In this document: one piece after another, positions 39,445 to 52,367 of the stretch | Layout of the letters: the number at the start of each line of letters is the position of its first letter | How positions within the stretch are numbered: position 1 is the first letter of the stretch | NCBI GenBank assembly: GCA_029717555.1 | Contig: JAMDHS010000055.1 | Span: forward strand, 62,001-126,000 | Direction: 5' to 3' | Source: Peribolospora baueri | Lineage: Eukaryota | DNA: 64,000 bases | Position numbers and translations under genes: made by a program | Notes under the pieces: model-generated | What the model was told of the DNA's origin: nothing | Database searches by the model: none | What the model saw: only the letters and a program-made list of their open reading frames with translations

Positions 39445-41167
39445 ATGCCAAACTCTCAAGGCGTTCTCCCTTCCGTTCTCTCCGCGATAGGCGATACCCC
39501 ACTCGTTCGGCTAAACGCCTTGCCTCGCCGACACGGCATCAGATGCAACGTCCTTGCCAAGCTTGAATACTTCAATGCCGGTGGCAGCGTCAAAGATCGC
39601 ATTGCAAAGGCCATGGTCGAGAACGCCGAGAGAGAGGGAAGATTGATCCCCGGGAAAAGCGTAGTGGTGGAGCCTAGTGAGTGGTGCCGTGCCTTTGGAA
39701 GGCTAGAGGAGCCAGCGGGGCGAGTTCCATTCAGCTACCTATGGAGACGCCAGACGGCCGACCCGTTGCTCTCCTTTCTTTTTTTTACTTTTATCGTTAC
39801 CGTCACAGCCAGCGGAAACACAGGTGAGTGGCGTTTTGTCATTGGAGCTCAATGTTTTCGGGCGCTCACTGCTCACGACCTGCCTGTCTGTCTCTGCAGG
39901 TATTGGCCTAGCCCTGGCCTGTGCCGTCAAAGGCTACCGCTGCATCATTGTTCTTCCCGAGAAGATGTCACCAGAGAAAGTGACTACCCTTCGAGCTTTG
40001 GGAGCGGAGATCGTTCGCACCCCCACGGAAGCCGCTCATGACTCTCCCGAGAGTCACATCAGCGTGGCCAGACGTCTCGAGAAGGAGATCGAGGGCGCCG
40101 TGATATTGGACCAGTATGCAAATAAGAGCAACCCCGAGGCGCACTATTGGGGCACGGCTGAGGAGATCATTAGACAGGTTCGCGCAAGCAGCGTGGGGAG
40201 TCTGCCTGCTGAGGGCAGGGAATCTGGGCAGAGAATGGGTGATGTAGTGAAGGCGATGGCGGCGACGACGGTTGGCAATGGACACACCCAGAACGACTTG
40301 CGACCGGACGACGTCTCCGGCTGGACGCCTCCACTCACTCCTCCAGAGCGCGACGCAGGTGCTGACGTCGCGGACGATGTCGGCCGCCCCTCCGCCACCC
40401 CGACGAACCACGACACGGTCTGGACTCTCCCACGCTCCACAGGCGTTGTCGACGTCCTCATTGCAGGTACAGGTACTGGGGGCACGATTTCCGGCATAGC
40501 GCGTCGCTTGAAGGAGAAGGATCACAACCCATCGACGCATGTCGTGGGCGTCGATCCGGTGGGGAGCATTCTTGCCGTTCCGGAGAGCTTGAACCTACTC
40601 GAAGAGGGGCAGAGCGCGGTTTATAAGGTGGAGGGAACTGGCTATGATTTTGTGCCAGGTGAGAGGGCCGTAGAAAGAGATTCGGCACTAGAGCACATTC
40701 GTCTCGTCTGCTTCCATGAAAATCTTCCCGACTCACTTCCATGTCTCTCTTCTCGTACGCGCGCGCTCGTCCTTCTGCGTCTGCCAGACGTCCTGGATCG
40801 TTCTCAGATCGACCACTGGATCAAGACGACAGATGACGAGTCTTTTGCCTACGCCCGCGCACTCATCCGCGAAGAAGGCTTGCTCGTCGGAGGCTCCTCG
40901 GGCGCCACTGCCGCCGCCGCCATGCGGTACCTGGCTCCTGGTGGAGAAGGGTGGGAGCAGTTTGGAAAATGGGAAGGCGTGAATGTTGTCCTTGTTCTCG
41001 CCGATAGGTAAGTCTGCATGGCGGTTCGCTTCCGTTTTGCTTCGGGTAGGATTGGCTTGAGGCGCACGGGCATCTGGGCAGCCGGAACGACGAATCCTGA
41101 ACTCATTTCCTTTTTTTTGCGGCCTAGCATCCGGAATTACATCAATCGGTCATATATGCAGGAGTAG
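39445..41167 (+). CDS. CYS4: Cystathionine beta-synthase (PLP-dependent catalytic domain only)
   Basis: IGDTPLVRLN, AKLEYFNAGGSVKDRIA, TSGNTGIGLA, PEKMSPEK, ILDQYAN, GTGTGGTISG, YKVEGTGYDFVP, EEGLLVGGSSG and ADSIRNY. The 3' end is somewhat uncertain. Confidence 0.88.
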
Positions 41168-42583
41168 TAACTGTAATCCTTCCTAAGGCTTGTTTTGTGT
41201 TCTTGTCTCTTCCATGAGGCCGTCGGCCTCGTTCTCCTTCCCTTTAAGCTATTATCACCCGTGCATGGCCTCCATGTGCATCATTGGCCGTCTTCCGTAC
41301 ACCTCGATAGGACATTGTTCTGTGTCTAGACGTTCTTCCCTCTTTGTCCTCTCTCGTCCCTGCACTGTGCCAACTCGCCCGTGGCGCCATGTGTCAGGAG
41401 TTAGATCGTCCCATAGTATTGCTAGATTTTGTCATGTCGGGAACCCCGGATTGGCAAGAGCGTGCGTTCGCTGGTGGGTAACGCGAAGTTCACCGCTCGC
41501 CTTATTTTTTTTTCTCATTCTACAACGCAAATATCATTGGTCGAAAATGGAGATGCTCTTATCTCTCCGTACCAGGAGCTGGAGTGACTATCTCCTTCTA
41601 CCCGTGATGGGCCTGGAGAGCGAGAGGCGTCTGCTCTCGGGAAGAAGTCAGCAGAAGTCGTCGAGTTGCCCCTTCGTTTCGCCCGTTGCGCACGTGGCAC
41701 ATTCAACTACACGTCTCGAGGGACCGAGGGGTCGCGCATAGACACAGACGACGTGGTGATACGCATACGTCGGTGCAGATGGAGCGAGCTGCCTTTGCGG
41801 GAACGTCAGCGATCTCACCACGGCGATGGACGCCCTTACGTAATCAGATCCGATTACATCATAACCTGTCTTCTTGGCGCCCGCCGTCCCGCCATCCTCC
41901 ACCACCTTAGACATGCTCGTCCGGCCGCCAAGAGCTGAGAATTTTTTTATTTGACTCAGGAGGACGATGGATTTCGCATTGGTTTTTTTGTGCACAGTTC
42001 AGTGAATGCAGTACGCTCTTATCCTTGTCTTCGCCTCCGCCGCCTTCCTCGGCCCGCTCGCTAGCCAAGGCTACGTTGGTCAGGAGGTGGCTGATTCTCG
42101 CTTAGTCGACAGCCGCTGTCGCCCCGCCCCTTTGCTCGCCACCACGCACCACGCCTCGCCTCGCCGGCGCCCAACTGTAGTGCGCGTCTTTCCTTGTCGT
42201 GCTCGGCCCTGACACAGCGCCCAGAAGGCAGAAGGCGGGGGCATCCGGTAGGAGGTGTCTGGACATCGGGCCCGTCCTGACCCGCGAGCGACGTTCGTCG
42301 CCGGTATCGTCAGGGCCTTCATCTTCACTGTCTCCAGCATCTCTCATCCCTCATCTTCCCTTCTTTTGAATTCCATCGCAGCCCGACGCTGATGGTCGGC
42401 TATAGGTAGCACTGCCGCCGGGCTTCCTCTTCAACCCCCCTTCCGGCTTCTATTTCTCTCTCGTCGGACACTTGTGCTCGCGTTGAAGCCAGTCGACCGC
42501 TCTTTCTCGTCAGATCAACTTCCAGCGCCCACAACGACCCTTCGGTTTCCGTCCGTCCTCTTTTGCTATAAGGCGCCGCGGCG

Positions 42584-45500
42584 ATGCCTTTGGCAGGCGT
42601 CGGAGACACTGTCTCCGGCCGCCGAGCAACAACATCTCGAGCAGGGCTCGTTAGTCCGTCCGTCTCGTCCCCGACAGCGACACCCTTCGTCCACGGAACG
42701 GTCTTCACGCCAGATGGCTCAGTACTAACCCCGACTTACCTAACCGACCGCCGGGAGGACTTCATCCGCGTCATCTTCCTCACCGTCGTATTGTGCATCT
42801 TCTCTCGGAATATTCTCGTCGCTGCGGGCTTACTCCTACGGACAAGACGAGTGCAGAGGCGCGGGCGGTGGTGGAGGCGGTTCTTTGGATTCTTTGGACA
42901 GAGGACCCCAACGGTTGGGAAAGTCAAGGTTCGTGACGTCGAGCTGTTGATGAACTCGGAGAGGCGATCGCGTCTGACCTCCGTTCTCCCCTCGTGACTC
43001 TTCAGCACCGTGCACTCCTTTACCTCCTCCTGGCTTCCCAATTGCTCGGTCCGTTTTTGGAGATCGTCGAACTCGCCAGCGAGATCGATTGGGGCTTGAA
43101 CTGCACCTTGTATGCGCACTTTCTTTTGTCTCTGTCCCTGAGCGTAGGGTTCACTCCCAGTATCATTTTCCCCTCCACTTCCTCATCAGCGTGCGCGTCA
43201 GCAGTCGCCTCTGCTACGAGCTGTCTTGGTCCCTCATGATCTCCGGCGTGCTCGGAATCAAGACGTGGCTTTGCATGGGCAAGCCGAAGTGGCTCCTTGC
43301 CGTCCTCGCCGCCGCCACCGCGGCCTGGCTTGCCCTGTTCACCTACGGCACGTTCGTCGATATACCACCTGTCGGCAGTCTGGGTAAGCAAGTTTCGCGT
43401 CGCCTCTGACCGCATCTTTGACTACGTTCGCCTCACCACGACCGATTTTCCTCCCGCTTTATATCGTCCACAGGAGAGTGCGAACAATGGCGACCGTTTC
43501 CTTCCGCGAGCGCCCATATACTTCTTGCCTCCCTCTTCGTCCTTTTTGGAGAAACCGTTCTCCTTGCCGCCTGCCTCTTCTTCGTCCTCCTGCGCTCTGC
43601 CCGCTCTGCCCGAATCGGTCGTCGCAGTGTCTCGCACGGCGTCGGAGGAGATGAGGCCACCGATCTCTCCGGTGGGAGAGGCAGCGGCGGAACGTCCACG
43701 AGCGGTCGCTGGACGTCGATTCGGTTGCCTATCAGGCTTCCCTGCAATTGTGGGGACACCCGTGGTCGAACCCATTCAGAAACCCGTTCCAGGCTCAAGA
43801 GGAAGGTCTCGGACATTTGGATGGACGCCGGTTCACTTGAAAAAGCGCATCGCCGACGGCAGCTTCCGAGGACTGATGCAGCACCTACGGCGGTGGCACA
43901 AGCAAGCAGTCGGCCTCCTAACGAGCACGAAAACCTCGAAAGCGGCGCGCGATGTTCTGAAGAGGGCCTCTCCAAACACCACCGGCATGGCACCTTTCTG
44001 AAGTCGTTCGCTCGTCCGGAAGGAAGGTCCGCTCACGAGCATGTTGACCAAGTGCAGGCACCCGGTACCGATGCGGTTGTTGTGGAGATGCAGGAGCTGA
44101 GTCCAATTTCCCCTCGTACGAGGGCGTTGCCTTTGGACGTTTCAGATGGTCGGATGTCGGTTGGACGGTCGAGCGCGTTTCCTTACGGAACGGACGGAGG
44201 AACGTGGAAGCAGGGTCGAGTGTCACCGCAAGAGTCGAGTGATTTGCTCGCTTCCTCGTCCGGCTCGCACTCTCGGACTGGTCTCTATGCCCGCGCCGCA
44301 CACGGACGCCCTGGAACCGCTCCCTCCGGACGAGCCTCCCCGCCGCCTGTGGATACGCCTTTAATCGTCCTCAAGAGGTCTGCGGACGAGCTCGAGGCGG
44401 AGGAGAAAGCTATCGGCGAGCCTTCCATGCTGTCTTCCGGCCTCTCGGTTGGGCCTTCCGCCAACAAGGGAGTTGAGGGCGGGCACGGTCATCATCTTGG
44501 GCACCGTCGTCCCACCACGTCGCCCGCCACCTTCGGCCCTCCTCCGGCGCGATCGACAGGAATGGGGTTACAGCCGGAAGGCGGCGGTGGCGTTCGCAGC
44601 CCAATGAGGCATGGGCGGCTCAGGAGCGGCAGCGGGAGCTCGACCACGCTGGCGAGCATGAGGAGGGTGGGGCGAGATATGGGGGTACGATTGCTCCAGA
44701 GCGTCGATTCCCTGAGAGGAGTCAACATCCCTTCCGGAGGAGCCCGAGCCCAGGCCAGAAGGGAACAGGGCGAGGTCAGGGAGTGGGAGAGGGTTCCTAA
44801 GAGCGGCGCCGCGAGCTTAAGAGGTGTGCTCAGAGATGAGGTGAGTTCCATGGCACACCGCTCCGCAAATTTCTTGATTCCAGACGTCGATAGTGGCACG
44901 TTCTCTCACTCCCCGGCGCTGGTTCTACTTCCCACAGCTCCTCACCGTCCTAATCGTCACACTTGTCCACATGGTGGGCAGTGCGGTGGCGATTGTCGCA
45001 CGCCGAGAAATTCGCGATCCGGGAGCGTCATCGATCTTCTACGATCTAAATCGTGAGTTATCCCAGCCTCAAGACGCTTTGCCTGTTCGTCTTCGCCGGA
45101 CGCTGACCGATAGCGACTCATACTTTGTCTGATGACATGATAGTGGCCATATGTTCACTCTTCGTAGTAAGCTCCTTCGAGCGCATGACGCGGCGCCGCA
45201 AAGCACAGAACGAGTCGCTGCTCCCGTCCTCCGGTGGCCAGAACATGTCGCACGGCTCGCCAGACGCGTTCGGAAGACTCCGGTCGCCACGCCCTTCGCC
45301 CCTGACAACCTCGAACGAGGCCGTCGAACCGAGCGCTCGACGACAGCCAGTGGATCCGTTGGAGGCCACGCAAGGTTACGACGAGTCAGATTTGCAAAAG
45401 GTCGCCATGAATTGGCAGGCTGCCCAGCATGGAGTGGCGAGCGAAAGCGTGACATCACGCTCCATCTACGGAGAGCAGATTCCCGTAGGCGCTTACAATC

Positions 45501-45940
45501 GCACACCACGCGAAAGTCTCGGTGATAGGCCCTTTTTTGCCCAAGCGATAAACGGCCGGCTGGCGGTCACCCACCCCACCGCCGCCTCCGCGTCACCCCC
45601 GCGCCGTCGACTCAACTCGGCGTCCAATGCGATTCGCACGAGCCCTCCTGTTGTACCGTTTGGGATCGTCCATGACAGGCGCCGGTCGTTTCCGTTTTTA
45701 CGGCATTTCTCTTCCAGCTCGAGAGCGTCGGAGCGTGGTCGACAGGACTCACACGGGAGCGAGTCGGACACCCGGCTGCGGAAACTGTCGATCGGCACCG
45801 ATCAGCACATTGGACGAGCGGCGATGGTGGTGGCGGAGGAAGAGGAAGTGGAGAGAGGAGAAGGAACGATGGAGAGAACGATTCGTATGCCCCACTCGCC
45901 CACCATGTCGCGCGAGGGGCTATCGGGCCGCTCTCTGTGA
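42584..45940 (+). CDS. Uncharacterised multi-pass membrane protein (about 7 TM, long cytoplasmic loop and tail)
   Basis: Phase-compatible spliced exons give seven hydrophobic segments, with a several-hundred-aa Ser/Arg/Gly-rich loop between TM5 and TM6. Start uncertain. Confidence 0.6.
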
Positions 45941-46803
45941 CCGTCGGTGAATGAGAGAACCAAGACGTCGAGCCATCGACGTCTCCTTGGCACCCGACCA
46001 TAGCCCCAACCTCGCAGCCAGGTCGTGCAATCCGATCGACAAGCTCCTTCATGTCCGCAGACGATCCCCTGCGCTCTCCCGGCGGAACCGCATCTCTCTT
46101 CTCCCTTTCCACTCTCTCCGCCTTTTTTCGACCTTCCGCATTTTCCGTACGATTCCCGCCCCAAGTCCTTGATACCCTCTTCCATATTCCTCCTTCGTTT
46201 GCACAACTAGACCTGCACTCTACGCAGCGAGAGCGATCCCACCTTTAGTTATCCCTTGTTTCCAACGTTTCCCGCATCGTCCATGTTCATTCGAGTCTCA
46301 CGTAAGAGCCCGTCCGGTGTCCGTATATCGACGTCTAGAACGCACGCAGATGATGGACGATCGCGAACGAATTAGCCTCGCTCGCTCGTCGCGACCCACA
46401 TCGCACTCCCAACTTGCCCTCATCGAGGGCCGTCCCTTCCCTCCTATGGGACAGGTCTTCTTTCTCACTCATCATTTACCAATCCGGCGTAATGGAAAAG
46501 GGGGCGGGGGGAGGGCGAAAGGACAATAGGATACAGTGCAAGAAGAGGAAAAAGGCAAGGTTGGGGACGCCCGCGGGTTTAGTTTGGGGGGGTGTCGAAG
46601 TGGGAAAGGGGGACGGCCAACGGCCAACGGACGGACAGAACGAGGAACGGATGTTGCGATGAACGTAGGACGCGAACGATGCGAAAGGGGGGGAAGCAGG
46701 AAGGAAGCAAGAAACGAGATAGCAAAGACGTCGGTCGAGGGAAGGCGAAGAAGAAAGAAAATGGGTAGGGCGGGCCGGGGGGGAAGGGCGCACGCGAACG
46801 GGA

Positions 46804-49800
46804 TCAAATTTTCCGGAACATCCTCGACACGATGCCCTTCTTGTTCTGCTTGGACTCTGAGGATACGGTGCCGATGCTGACGGTGGAGACCGTCTGTCCT
46901 CCCGTGAACGACCGGAGATCAAACGGAGGTGAGTGTGCGGTGAGACGGGCGATCTCGTCGGAGGCGCGGTGGGCCATCAACATCGACGAGGACGACGACG
47001 ACGGCGGATGGTGGTGGGCGTGCAGGCCGCCGGACGCCGACGCAGCGGCGCTCTTGCCGTAGATCTGATGCGAGCTGCTTCGCCGGGGTCGCGGATCCAC
47101 TCGGGGGGGACCGCGTACGTCGTCGTCGTAGGCGAGGCCATGTTCGTGCGCGCCAAGGGCGGCGCCGTTGCCGTTGCTCCCGCCGTTCACCTCGGCGTGG
47201 AAGCTCGAAGAAGGGCTGGGCGGAACGACGGAGAGGCCGGGCGAAGGAAAGTCGAGCGAGGTCCGCAGACCATCCTCGGCTCCCGCTCGGGCACCGCTGC
47301 TGCGTCGACCCGCGTCGCGGTCGGAGAGCGAGCCAGCTTCGTTGACGTCAGACTCGCCGTCGCGCCGCTTCTGGCTCTGACTTCGGAAGGAGAGGCGGTG
47401 CGACCGACCGCTGTCACGCGAGGTGAATGACGCGGCCTTGCGCGGGGTATCCGACGGCACATGGTCGTCCGAAGTAAAGCTTTGGGCCGGGACGGAGGGC
47501 CTTCGCTGGTCGAGACGGGACCCGGCGGCGGAATCGTGGCGGGAGGAGGGCAAGCGGACGCCTTGGTCAGGCTCGGCGTCGGCTCCAGCGTTACCGGGAG
47601 GAGAGAGCTGCCAGCTGTGCGGCGAAGGAGGGGAGGAGACGGTGTAGGCGCGCTTGGATCGACGGTGTTTGTCCGCAGCCGAGTTCTTGGTGGGCGAGGT
47701 GGGAGGGGAGGCGGCGGGTTGCTGAGAAGACAGATCGACGCGATCGACGAACGCCAAAAAGTTGCGGGGGTGGAGACGTCCGGCGCCAAAGTGCTGGCTC
47801 AAGTCGAGCGGCGACGGGTCCTCGCCCGCGCGGTCCACGTACCGACCGGCCTCCTCCTCGATCTGAGTGCAGAGGTCGACGAACGACTCGAAGCGTTCGG
47901 ACGGAGGGTGATCTGAAGACGTGGGAAGAACGGCAGAGGTCATGCGCGACGCCCGATAAGCCGAGCCAGGGGCGGCGCGGACGACGTAAGCGGCAAAGGA
48001 GGCGAGCGCCTTTCCGCTGTCGAGCAGGTACGGCGGCGCGGGGACGGACTCTCGATGGAGGGGCGAGAGGTGAGGAAGGCGCTCCATCACGGCGATCTTG
48101 AACAGCGGCGCGTCTTCGTCCTCGTGCTCGGGCTGGACGAGGCGCTGTGGGCGATTGTCGGGAGGGAGGGTGGAGACGACGGTGATGTAGTCGTCGAACG
48201 CCTCCGACTGTTCTTTCAAAAAATCGTCCATCGGCTCCATCCACGGCTCTTTCTCGCGCTGAAAGTTGGTCAATTTGTTGGCGAGCGCCAAAAAAGTCTT
48301 GGCGAGGAGCATGAGAGTGCGCGAGCATCGAGGATCAGGCGTGTCTGCCAAGGTCGAAACGGGGGCAAGCGAAGCGTCAGTCTAATCGAACCGAAAGAAA
48401 TAATAAAAGGAATCGGTGACCCACTGGCCATTAGCCCGTAGACATGCGGCGAAGTCATAGCGGGGCAGATGAGGCGGAGGAAGACAAACGCGCCGACGCC
48501 CTGAATGCCCGGTCCGCGGGGCTTGGACTCTTTGAAACGCTCGCGGACGGTGGCGCGGATGTTGCCGAGGATGCGACAGAGGTCACTGCGGATCGGATTG
48601 GAATTGGAGGAAGCGTAAGCGTCGGTTCAACGGATGGACACGCTCCAGCGAAGAAGCACGAGAAGCGACGAGCACGAGGGAAGGGAAGCAATAAAATGAA
48701 CGAGCGGGAAAACCCACCCTGGACAATCGTGCCTGCGGGAGTAGATGCTGTTCCAGATGATCGTCGTCCACTTCTTTAGCTCCGCCACCGTCCTCTCCGC
48801 TTGGCTCGGCCCGCCATCCTTGGGGCGCACGGTGGCAGAAGGGTCCATGATGAGGGGGTCGAGCTCCAGCCAGACCCTCTCGACGCAGATCCTACGGATG
48901 GGCTCGCCGATGGACAGGTCAAGCCAGTCGCCGCAGAAGAGGCGCTGGAAGCGGTCGAGAGAGCGCGAAAGGAGGGTGTTGCCTCGGAACAGGAGCTCCG
49001 GGTCCGACGGCCGGAACTCGATCTCGCTCTCCACCTGGGCCATGTCGTTGAGTCGCTGGACAATGGTGCCGTTGGCGGTGTAAATGTCGACGAGATAGGA
49101 GATGACAATGTCCTCGTCGAGGTGCCTGGCCAGCTGGTAGAGCAGTTCGACGCACTTTTCGCCGTTGAGCGCCTGCGCGAGAAGGAGGGCCGGGACGGAG
49201 AAGAGTGAACGGGACAGAGAAGAGAGAGAAGGCCGTGTCAGCGACTGGGCGACTGGGGACCTGCGCATGGATAAAGATGATGGCCATAAGAAGACAGGAC
49301 GCTCACGCTGAGCAGCTTCGAGTACTTCCTGAGCGGCATTACGACGTCCTCCCTCACGCAGATCGAAGCCTTGAGCTCGCCGACGACGGCCTTCCTATAC
49401 AGGGCCGATCTGTCGTCGGCCTCGCGAGCGGATGTGGGGGTGAAGGAGGTGGAGGAAGAGATGGGGAACCAGCCTTCGACTTCTTCGTTGCGCCGGAGGG
49501 TGTCGAGAGGGATAGAGATGACACCCAAGAGGCTGGCCTTGGAGGATGACCTGGCGGACTGGAAGACGTCGACGGTGAGTGACGCGAGAGGGGGCATGTC
49601 GCTGCGGAGCGTTCAAGGGAAAAGAAAAAAGAGAACGTGTCAGTGAACGAAACGGGCCACGAACGAACGGAACGACTCACTTGAGCTCAAACTTCTCCAC
49701 CCAAGCAGGACCAGTGGCGCCCTTTCGAATCTTGGTACGTGCGCAGACGTCGCCGTTGACGAGGACTTCACAGAAGCAGTCGCTCGACGCGTACGACGGG

Positions 49801-52004
49801 CTCATCGCCGCCGCCGCCGCCATCGACATCGACATTGACGGTTGTCCCGACCCGGCACCGGTTGGACCAAAGTCGGATCCGACCCTGCATTCGCCGCTCG
49901 TAGCGCTCGACGAATGCGCGTCGGCGGCGGCGGCGGCGGAAGAGGACACGACGCCTTCGAGGCGGGCTCCCCTGGCGCGGGACAGAGAGGCGGCAGAGGA
50001 AGAGCCTTCGGTTCTGGTCGAGCCTTCTCTGCTGGCCCTTCCCGCAGCTGCCGCCGAGGCCGACGCCGACGACGCTTCGACAGCGCTCACAGTAGTGGCG
50101 ACAGAGTAACCCGTTTCCTCTCTATCCGTCTCCTCTATGCCCACGCCCATATCCACGCCCGCGACATGGCGGTCCGACGCACCGTCGCCGTCGCCGTCGC
50201 CGGCTCCGACTCCCTCCGACGCTTCAGCAACGCTCCCGCTGCCTTTACGCGCATGCAGACTTAGGCTCGCCGACGAGCTCGCCAAACTCTTCCCCTCCAC
50301 GTCGCCGCCGTCGCCACCGCCGAGGGCAGACGAGGCGGCCGTGGGGAGGTCAGCTTCGACAGAGGAAGGGGCGCTGCTGACGGGGTGATTATGCGGGGGA
50401 GGATTGGTGGAGGAGGAGGCGACGGAGCGGGCGAGGAAGCTTGCGCCTCCGTCCGAGCTTGCCGTGGGACTGATGGCCTCCCCGCCTCCCGACGCTCCGC
50501 TCGCTCCGGCGGCACCGCCAGACATCATCGCCATCATCGCCACCCTGCCGGCGGACGTCGAGATGTACGCCGTCGAGCCAGGCCCGAAGGCGGACTGATG
50601 TACGTCAAACGAACTGACCTGCCTAGCCTCGTAGATCACCAGTTCGACCCTCCTGGCAATGCGGTGCGTGCCGCCCTTCCAAACGCTATCCGGTGCGCCA
50701 TAGATCTCGGGCGAAGCGTAGATGCGGAGAATAGAGTTCCACCACATGAGCGTCCGCGGGTTTGACATGCAGATGTAGATCGGCGCGGGTTTGGTCTGGT
50801 TGGGCGTCGTTGAGGAGGCGCCGTGGTGGTGGTGGTGGTGGTGGGAGGAGGCGGAGGCGCCGGCGGGAAGAGAGTTGCGGCCGAGACCGCGGAGGGAGTT
50901 GACGTGGAAGACGGAGGAGGCGGAGGCGGGGGACATGGGAATGAAGGAGGAAGGCTGGGAGTAGATGCCGAGGATGTAAGGTCGGCCGAAGAGGGAAGGG
51001 TCGGCGATGCGGAGGTCCGTCGAGGACAAGTCGAGGACGGATATGGAGTGGAGCAGTGTGCTGTCCTGAAGGGGGCGCGAAGGGAAGGACAAAGACGAAG
51101 AGAACAAATGTGAATAGACGGAGAGGGAAAAAAAAACAAACCCCAACCCATCGGCTCACTTCAGCAAACAACGTCAGCACGCCATTTTCCCTCAGCAGGG
51201 CCGTGCCTCTTCTCCAGTGACCTTGCGAGCCGTAGCTCGAGCCCGAACCCGAGCTGCTGCCGAGCTTGACCTTGCTGGGTTTTTCTGCGGGGGGGAAAGG
51301 AGAGCAAGATCATGCATGAGCGACGATGACCAAAGACAGGAAGCCATCCTCCCTTCATCCGACCGCCGGCGCCAGCTCACCCCTCAACCAACTCGGCCCG
51401 CCTCGTGAACTAGCAGGCCGATCAGGGGACGAAGAGGCCAACCCGCTGCTGCTGCCTCCTCCGACCGACGCATAAGAAGCCGTTTCGGCTTCGGCGAAAG
51501 AGGAGGGTTTGCCGGTGTGGAATTGGGCAGAGTCTCGTTTTGTGAGCTTGCGTTTGAGCGGGGGTACCTGTCGGATGGGTAAGGAAGACGACGGCGAGCA
51601 TGAGCTCCGAAAACGCTTATTATGCGCTCGCTCGCTCCACTCACCTCCCTGATTAACGGCGTCTTGCCGACAAAGCTGCCAACGCCGCCGCCACTCTTGT
51701 CCTTGTCGCCCTCCCTGTCCTTGTCCTTGCCCTTGCTCTTGCCCTTGCCCTCCGACGCTCCTCCGCCGCCACTGCCAAAGTAGTCAACCACTCCAGCGGC
51801 GGAGCTGGCACCGGAGCCGGAGCCGGAGCCGGAGCTAGGGTGCCATATGAGGACGGGGACGGTGGCCTCGAGGAGCTCTCGCTCGCGGTTCTCGAAGACG
51901 TGTCCGACGACGGTGCCTGTGTACTCGTTCCATTGGTTCTGGAGGAAGCGCGGGGTGGAGTAAATGCCGGAGGTGGTGCCCGTGGAGGAGGAGTTCTGGG
52001 GCAT
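46804..52004 (-). CDS. Ras GTPase-activating protein with C2-like domain (Bud2/Cla2-like)
   Basis: CEVLVNGDVCART (C2), LLFRGNTLLSRSL, SAFVFLRLICPA (FLR motif) and RTLMLLAKTFLALAN...KEPWMEPMDDF. Start uncertain; an upstream exon is possible. Confidence 0.85.
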
Positions 52005-52367
52005 CGTGGGCGTGCAGGGACGCGGCGGAGGGGGAGGAGGGGCCAAGATGGGCGAATTGGGCGGTCTCGGTGGGGTTGATCCTGGACGGGGCGAAGGAGA
52101 TATAGATAGGTGGAGCGGCGGGGACTAGAAGAAACTGGTTGCTTGTCTAAGGTAGCTAGCTATCTGGAAGGGGTGGGGAGGCGGCGACGGACGAACGAAG
52201 TGCGGTTTATGCGGTAGGGGACGCAGTGAGGTGGGAGGGTGGGACGGGTACCGTATGGAGGGGCAAGGGTGACCGTCGAGGCCGTGCGAGTCGGAGGAGA
52301 GGGGAGATGGGCGAGGGCTAGGGAGATTGCATATAGAAAGTGGGTGGAAGAAGGAGGGGAAGGAGTG

